A stretch of DNA of 40,806 bases from Chiloscyllium plagiosum (taxonomy: Eukaryota), in NCBI RefSeq assembly GCF_004010195.1, contig NC_057719.1, positions 35,031,537 through 35,072,342 of the forward strand. Direction: 5' to 3'. The notes beneath the pieces were generated by a model. The model saw only the letters and a list, made by a program, of their open reading frames with translations. It did not search any database and was not told where the DNA came from. The translations under genes were made by a program, and so were the position numbers. Shown one piece after another: positions 35,358 to 40,806 of this stretch. Position 1 is the first letter of the stretch, and each line of letters begins with the position of its first letter.

Positions 35358-36907
35358 TGGTCTTTGTGTGGAGCCGCAGAAAATGGGGGAGATACTAAAT
35401 GAGTATTTGCATCAGTATTCACTGTGGAAAAGGATATGGAAGATATAGCATGTAGGGAAATAGATGGTGACATCTTGAAAAATGTCCATATTACAGAGGA
35501 GGAAGTGCTGGATGTCTTGAAATGGTTAAAAGTGGATAAATCCCCAGGACCTGATCAGGTGTACCCGAGAACTCTGTGGGAAGCTAAGGAAGTGATTGCT
35601 GGGCCTCTTGCTGAGATAGTTGTATCATCGATAGTCACAGGTGAGGTGCCAGAAGACTGGAGGTTGGCAAACATGGTGCCACTCTTTAAGAAGGGTAGTA
35701 AGGACAAGCCAGGGAATTATAGACCAGCGAGCCTGACATCGGTGGTGGACAAATTGTTGGAGGGAATCCTGAGGGACAGGATGTACATGTATTTGGAAAG
35801 GCAAGGACTGATTCGGNNNNNNNNNNNNNNNNNNNNNNNNNNNNNNNNNNNNNNNNNNNNNNNNNNNNNNNNNNNNNNNNNNNNNNNNNNNNNNNNNNNN
35901 NNNNNNNNNNNNNNNNNNNNNNNNNNNNNNNNNNNNNNNNNNNNNNNNNNNNNNNNNNNNNNNNNNNNNNNNNNNNNNNNNNNNNNNNNNNNNNNNNNNN
36001 NNNNNNNNNNNNNNNNNNNNNNNNNNNNNNNNNNNNNNNNNNNNNNNNNNNNNNNNNNNNNNNNNNNNNNNNNNNNNNNNNNNNNNNNNNNNNNNNNNNN
36101 NNNNNNNNNNNNNNNNNNNNNNNNNNNNNNNNNNNNNNNNNNNNNNNNNNNNNNNNNNNNNNNNNNNNNNNNNNNNNNNNNNNNNNNNNNNNNNNNNNNN
36201 NNNNNNNNNNNNNNNNNNNNNNNNNNNNNNNNNNNNNNNNNNNNNNNNNNNNNNNNNNNNNNNNNNNNNNNNNNNNNNNNNNNNNNNNNNNNNNNNNNNN
36301 NNNNNNNNNNNNNNNNNNNNNNNNNNNNNNNNNNNNNNNNNNNNNNNNNNNNNNNNNNNNNNNNNNNNNNNNNNNNNNNNNNNNNNNNNNNNNNNNNNNN
36401 NNNNNNNNNNNNNNNNNNNNNNNNNNNNNNNNNNNNNNNNNNNNNNNNNNNNNNNNNNNNNNNNNNNNNNNNNNNNNNNNNNNNNNNNNNNNNNAGGGAG
36501 AGGCTGAACAAGCTGGGGCTGTTTTCTCTGGAGCGTCGGAGGCTGAGGGGTGACCTTATAGAGGTTTACAAAATTATGAGGGGCATGGATAGGATAAATA
36601 GACAAAGTCTTTTCCCTGGGGTTGGGGATTCCAGAACTAGAGGGCACAGGTTTAGGGTGAGAGGGGAAGATATAAAAGAGACCTAAGGGGCAACATTCTC
36701 ACACAGTGTGGTACGTGTATGGAATGAGCTGCCAGAGGAAGTAGTGAGGGCTGGTACAACTGCAACATTCAAAAGGCATTTGGATGGGTATATGAATAGG
36801 AAGGGTTTGGAGGGATATGGGACTAGATTGGGTTGGGATATCTGGTCAGCATGGATGCGTTGGACCAAAGGGTCTGTTTCTGTGCTGTATGTTTCCATGA
36901 CTCTATG
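35358..36907 (+). mobile_element. Relatively young CR1/HER1-like LINE RT + 3' UTR spanning an assembly gap
   Basis: Open frame KSPGPDQVYPRTL..VPEDWRLANMVPLFKKGSKDKPGNYRPASLTSVV; after the gap ERLNKLGLFSLERRRLRGDLIEVYKIM. Confidence 0.92.
35817..36494. other. Assembly gap (678 N)
   Basis: Run of N. Confidence 1.
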
Positions 36908-37201
36908 TTAAATGTCTTCTTTACCACCCTGTCCACCTGTGACACAACTTTCCAAGACCTGTCCCCTTGGTGATCTGTTCGACTATAGCACCTAGGGTCT
37001 TCCATTAATTGTATAAGCCCTGCCCTTGTTCATCTTGCCAAAATGCAATAATCCAAAATAAACTCTTATCTGTCATTGGCCCAACTGATCAAGATCCCTT
37101 TGCAATCTTAGATAACCTTCTTTACTGTCGACAATACCACCATCTTGGTATCATCCACAAACTTATTAACCATGCTTCCCAAATTCATATCCAAATCATT
37201 T

Positions 37202-37954
37202 TGTTACAAAGTCAAAAGAGCATACAGTCAGTTTAAGACAGAAACCGTTTCTCTGAGCTGAGAGATTGTGACAGCACATGTCTGTGTCTAGCAGACAGCT
37301 GGAGAGTGTTGAGAATTGATAAAATGTAATAATCAGCTTGGGGTTGTGTTTTGATGTTAGGACAACCGGATTTGAATTTAATCAATTAATTTAAATTATA
37401 CCCAGGATACAAAAACTCAATTGAATTTGAATTTACTGTATTGACAACATTGGACCAACGAAAAGGTACGTTGTTGGGGGTAAAAAAGGAACGGCACTTT
37501 GAAATTAGTCAGAGCTAACTGCATATCGAACTGGAGAGCACGTCATCTGAAAATGGCTCTCAAAACTCTTTAAAGAAACCTCTCAGAAGGCATCATCTAT
37601 TAAACATACCTTTTCCAGTAAAAACAAAATCATAGAAGACGACCCAGGGAAAAGACAGCAGATTTGGAAAACTGGGAGGAAGACTGCATAAGAGACTGTA
37701 TGGACTTTGAGAGATTAAGTTGATTTAATGTTTAATAATTGTGTTATTGCAGCAGCATTTTTGTAGAATTGTGGGTCAGATAGTGATTAGTTAAGAAAAG
37801 GTAGCTTAGATTTATTAATAGTTTCTGTTTAGTTTCTTTAAACAATGGGGTTTTCTTTCACTCACTCACACTGTTAGCAGATTACAAGGCAAGGCGAGCT
37901 TTTAGGGTGTTTTAGTTTTAATTAGTAGAGTGGTTTGACTTCTGCATCGTAACA
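37202..37954. mobile_element. Solo LTR (753 bp), Gypsy- or ERV-like
   Basis: Termini TGTTAC...GTAACA; 4-bp TSD ATTT (37198-37201 / 37955-37958); removing it restores LINE sequence ccaaatcatttatataaatgac. Confidence 0.85.
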
Positions 37955-38109
37955 ATTTATATAAATGACAAACAACAGCGGACCTAGCACTGATTCCTAT
38001 CAAACATCACTGGTCACAGACCTCCAATCTGCAGAAATACTCTCCTTGTGTTCCTCCAATTCTGATATCTAACTCACGTGTAACACCTCTTACCCTACTA
38101 TTGGGATTC

Positions 38110-38410
38110 CATGTCTTCAGGTGCCCAAATCCTGAGCTCTGAAATCCTCTGTAAACTTCTCTGCCTCTCTTTTCCTGTGAATTACTCCATAACATATACC
38201 TTTGTGATCACTCTAATACTTTCCTGGATAATCCCACATTTTTCACCCTCTGCATACTCAATGACTTTCAAGTTGAAATTCCTTACATCAAATACAAATA
38301 TGAAGAATTCTAAATCTTCCATTCACTTTCATCATATCCAAGCATGACTTGTTAAATTTATTGGTAACATTGTTGTGAAGTGCTTGGGAATGATTTGCAA
38401 GTTGTTGTTT
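38110..38410 (+). mobile_element. L2-like 3' tail remnant
   Basis: cttcaggtgcccaaatcctgagctctgaaatcctctgtaaacttctctgcctctct ... tgtgaagtgcttggga. Confidence 0.45.
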
Positions 38411-38733
38411 TTACCAAGCAGAATCAAATAATTATAATGGGAACTCGCAATATATAAACTTATAAGTTAGGTTAAGAAAAATATCTTCATTCATTGCCTG
38501 ATAATCTATTCAACTAGGTAACAAAATAGGATAGTTTGGCGGGAGAATCAATTTTTGGATGAATGAGGTTTGACTAAAATGCAGGCTACTACTTTTCTAG
38601 CAGATATTTGGCAGAGTTTCAACAACATATCTCTATTCCCTGATGACTTTGCATCAGGCACCAACCCCAGTGAATAAATGTAGATGCAATAAACAATAAC
38701 CTTTGGAAAAAGGAAGCAACAGTACAAACAAAC

Positions 38734-38837
38734 CTGATTTAAGATACCGTTTGACAATCAACTCATTTTGTTGCTGGTCTCGACCAGCTATAACGAGGTA
38801 GTTTTCACTGCTGATAAACCACAAGAACTTCTCAAAC
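38734..38837 (-). CDS. NEMF: NEMF internal coding exon 1 of 14 in window: (W)[34 protein letters not shown](G), start of NFACT-R domain
   Basis: Translation is nearly identical to vertebrate NEMF as recalled ([32 protein letters not shown]). Acceptor ttag at 38838-38841, donor GTTTGT after 38734; 104 nt, phase 2 to 1. Confidence 0.97.
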
Positions 38838-38874
38838 CTAACAAAGAAAATAAAAGTCAGTAATAATTTGAATT

Positions 38875-39309
38875 GAGTCATAGAATCATACAGCTGTACA
38901 GAGTGGAAACAGACCCTTCAGTCCAACTCTTCCACGCTGACCAGATTTCCTAAACTGATCAAGTCCCTTTTGTCAGCATTTGGCCCATATCCCTTCAAAC
39001 CCTTCCTATTCTCATACCCATCCAGATGCCTTTTAAATGCTGCAACCGTAACTGCCTCCACCATCTCCTCAGGTGGCTCATTCCACACATGCATCACGCT
39101 CTGTATGAAAAGAGTTACCCCTCAGGTCTCTTTTAAATCTTTCTCCTCTCACCTTCATCCTCTGCCCGCTAGGGGAAAAGAGCTTTGGTATTTACCCTAT
39201 CCATGCCTCTCATGATTTTGTAAACCTCTCTGAGGTCACCCCTCAGCCTCCAACACTCTAGGGAAAAGAAACCCCAGCCTATTCAGCCCCTCCCTATAGC
39301 TCAAACTCC
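38875..39309 (-). mobile_element. CR1/HER1 3' fragment
   Basis: Same subfamily tail as 10960-11430; begins about 40 nt upstream of the exon 1 acceptor. Confidence 0.88.
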
Positions 39310-40558
39310 AAATGATAAAATTGGCCATTTAAACAGACAAACTGATAAGCTAGCAGCAAATCTTACAAATCCTTCAGTTAATAAGATTCGCTACAAATTT
39401 GTTAAAAATGCTTCAATCATCGAAATTAAATATACCTTCATAAATGCATTAGAATATTAGAAGTTGACAGAAGTTGATACAAAAAGCACAAGATTCAGAA
39501 TGGATTAAAAAACTGCTGTTTTAATAAATGCACTGAAATCAAATTCAATTTCAAAATACTTTAAACAGATGACTGGTATCTGTACTTTTCACCAACATCC
39601 AATCAAGTAATGCACTGGCCTGGATCTTGCACAACTTGCTCCTGATCCTGATCCTGCCACAAAAGATAAGCAATCTCTGTGGAGTGGATTTCCTTTTCTT
39701 TATGCCAGGTTTAATTCATGCCAAATCAAGGTGACCTTCAGCAACAATTTGATGCCATTAAACAGGACAAGCGTTCAATCACTACGAAGCATCGTTATTA
39801 TGCCAATTATGATAATAGAGAAATCTGATATTTTAACATAAAATTAGCTTTGCAGGGCCTATAAAGCTGTATTGTAGTGATTACAGACTTAAAATGCTGC
39901 TTAAAATCCTAGCTACACCTTATTCAACAAAACATGCATTAAGAAGTTGCAAATTTATACTTATTGATTTATGTTACAGACTGTAATTTATTGGAGTACA
40001 GAAAGATCCTTCAGCTATTTGATAGTGTAGCGTGCAAGCAGATTGTGTTTTCATTTCTCTGAGGCTTGAAGCTAGTCCAACTTTGCAAGATAAAGACCTC
40101 TGTTGCACGGTGACTGCATGTATTCTTAATAAAATACAGATGGAAGCTTAACTTCACACCTCATACAAGCAAAACTGTCCTAAAATCTACCAATGGCTTG
40201 ATATTACATCTTCTAGCAGGGTGAGGAAAGTGTGCTTTATTTAAAGTGTTTTGAATGGGAGTTATCATATTGCTTCAGTACATAAAGCAATATGTTAAAG
40301 GATGCAGCTTGCACTGATATTTTCATCACAGCCACCTCCTGATCTTAGCAAAGCTGTTATTGGGAGAATCCAGTACCTTCTTACAGGAAAGAGAAAATGA
40401 AAAAAACGAGAAGAGATCAATTCAATGCATGAGAAAAACTGATTTTGATGAAAAATTGGATTCTTGTTTAATGCTGTTGGTATTGGCATTGGCATTAAAC
40501 ATTTATCAAGTCTCGTTTCAGAACAAAGTTCCCTTCACTTGGCCTGGTTTCAGATAAT

Positions 40559-40806
40559 GGAGAAAGTGAGGACTGCAGATGCTGGAGATCAGAGCTGAAA
40601 ATGTGATGCTGGAAAAGCGCAGCAGGTCAGGCAGCATCCAAGGAGCAGGAGAATCAACATTTAGGGCATGAGCCCTTCTTCAGGAATGAGGAGAGTGTGC
40701 CAAGCAGGATAAGATAAAAGGTAGGGAGGAGGGACTTGGGGGAGGGGCATTGGAAATGCGATAGGTGGAAGGAGGTTAAGGTGAGGGTGATAGGCCGGAG
40801 TGGGGG
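40559..40806 (-). mobile_element. Penelope pLTR (family A), truncated by the window edge; degenerate hammerhead at ~40656-40683
   Basis: Near-identical to 7307-7466; continues into a purine-rich PLE 3' region like 15330-15540. Confidence 0.85.

Larger units (their letters stand above)
34770..38030 (-). mobile_element. Decayed CR1-like LINE split by a + strand CR1 (35358-36907) and a solo LTR (37202-37954)
   Basis: Tail at 34770; LVRPLVEYCIQFWLPG near 35290; resumes 36908-37201 (KFVDDTKM) and 37955-38030 (SVLGPLLFVIYI). Confidence 0.85.

Noticed and set aside
35424..36686. 420-aa ORF as an intact gene
   Set aside because: CR1 RT fragment with more than half its length in N; integrity cannot be judged and it is 5'-truncated.
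40340..40400. Minus-strand VRRYW as the preceding NEMF exon (expected ...KARKVYW)
   Set aside because: The surrounding translation does not resemble NEMF and there is no GT donor in the right phase; the upstream exon is probably outside the window.

Overview
Eukaryotic genomic DNA, almost certainly from a cartilaginous fish. HE1/V-SINEs, CR1/HER1-type LINEs and SacSINE1-like DeuSINEs point to a shark; this is inferred from repeat content. The window lies inside one minus-strand gene, NEMF (nuclear export mediator factor, the Rqc2/Tae2 orthologue of ribosome quality control). I traced 14 consecutive GT-AG coding exons (1737 nt, phases consistent, no stops) from the NFACT-R region ([14 protein letters not shown]...) to the C-terminal DUF3441 region (...[28 protein letters not shown]). 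Both gene ends lie outside the window. The introns are packed with decayed retroelements: CR1-like and L2-like LINEs, SINEs, a solo LTR and Penelope-like elements (PLEs). The main observations are: (1) short fold-back PLE-derived insertions from three sequence families that carry minimal hammerhead-ribozyme cores, most flanked by 9-13 bp target-site duplications (TSDs); (2) a 4 x 31-33 aa Ser/acidic tandem repeat that expands one NEMF exon; (3) a 1.5-kb TSD-bounded composite PLE insertion that appears to carry older cargo DNA. There are two assembly gaps. LINE boundaries are approximate and repeat family names come from recall, not a database search.
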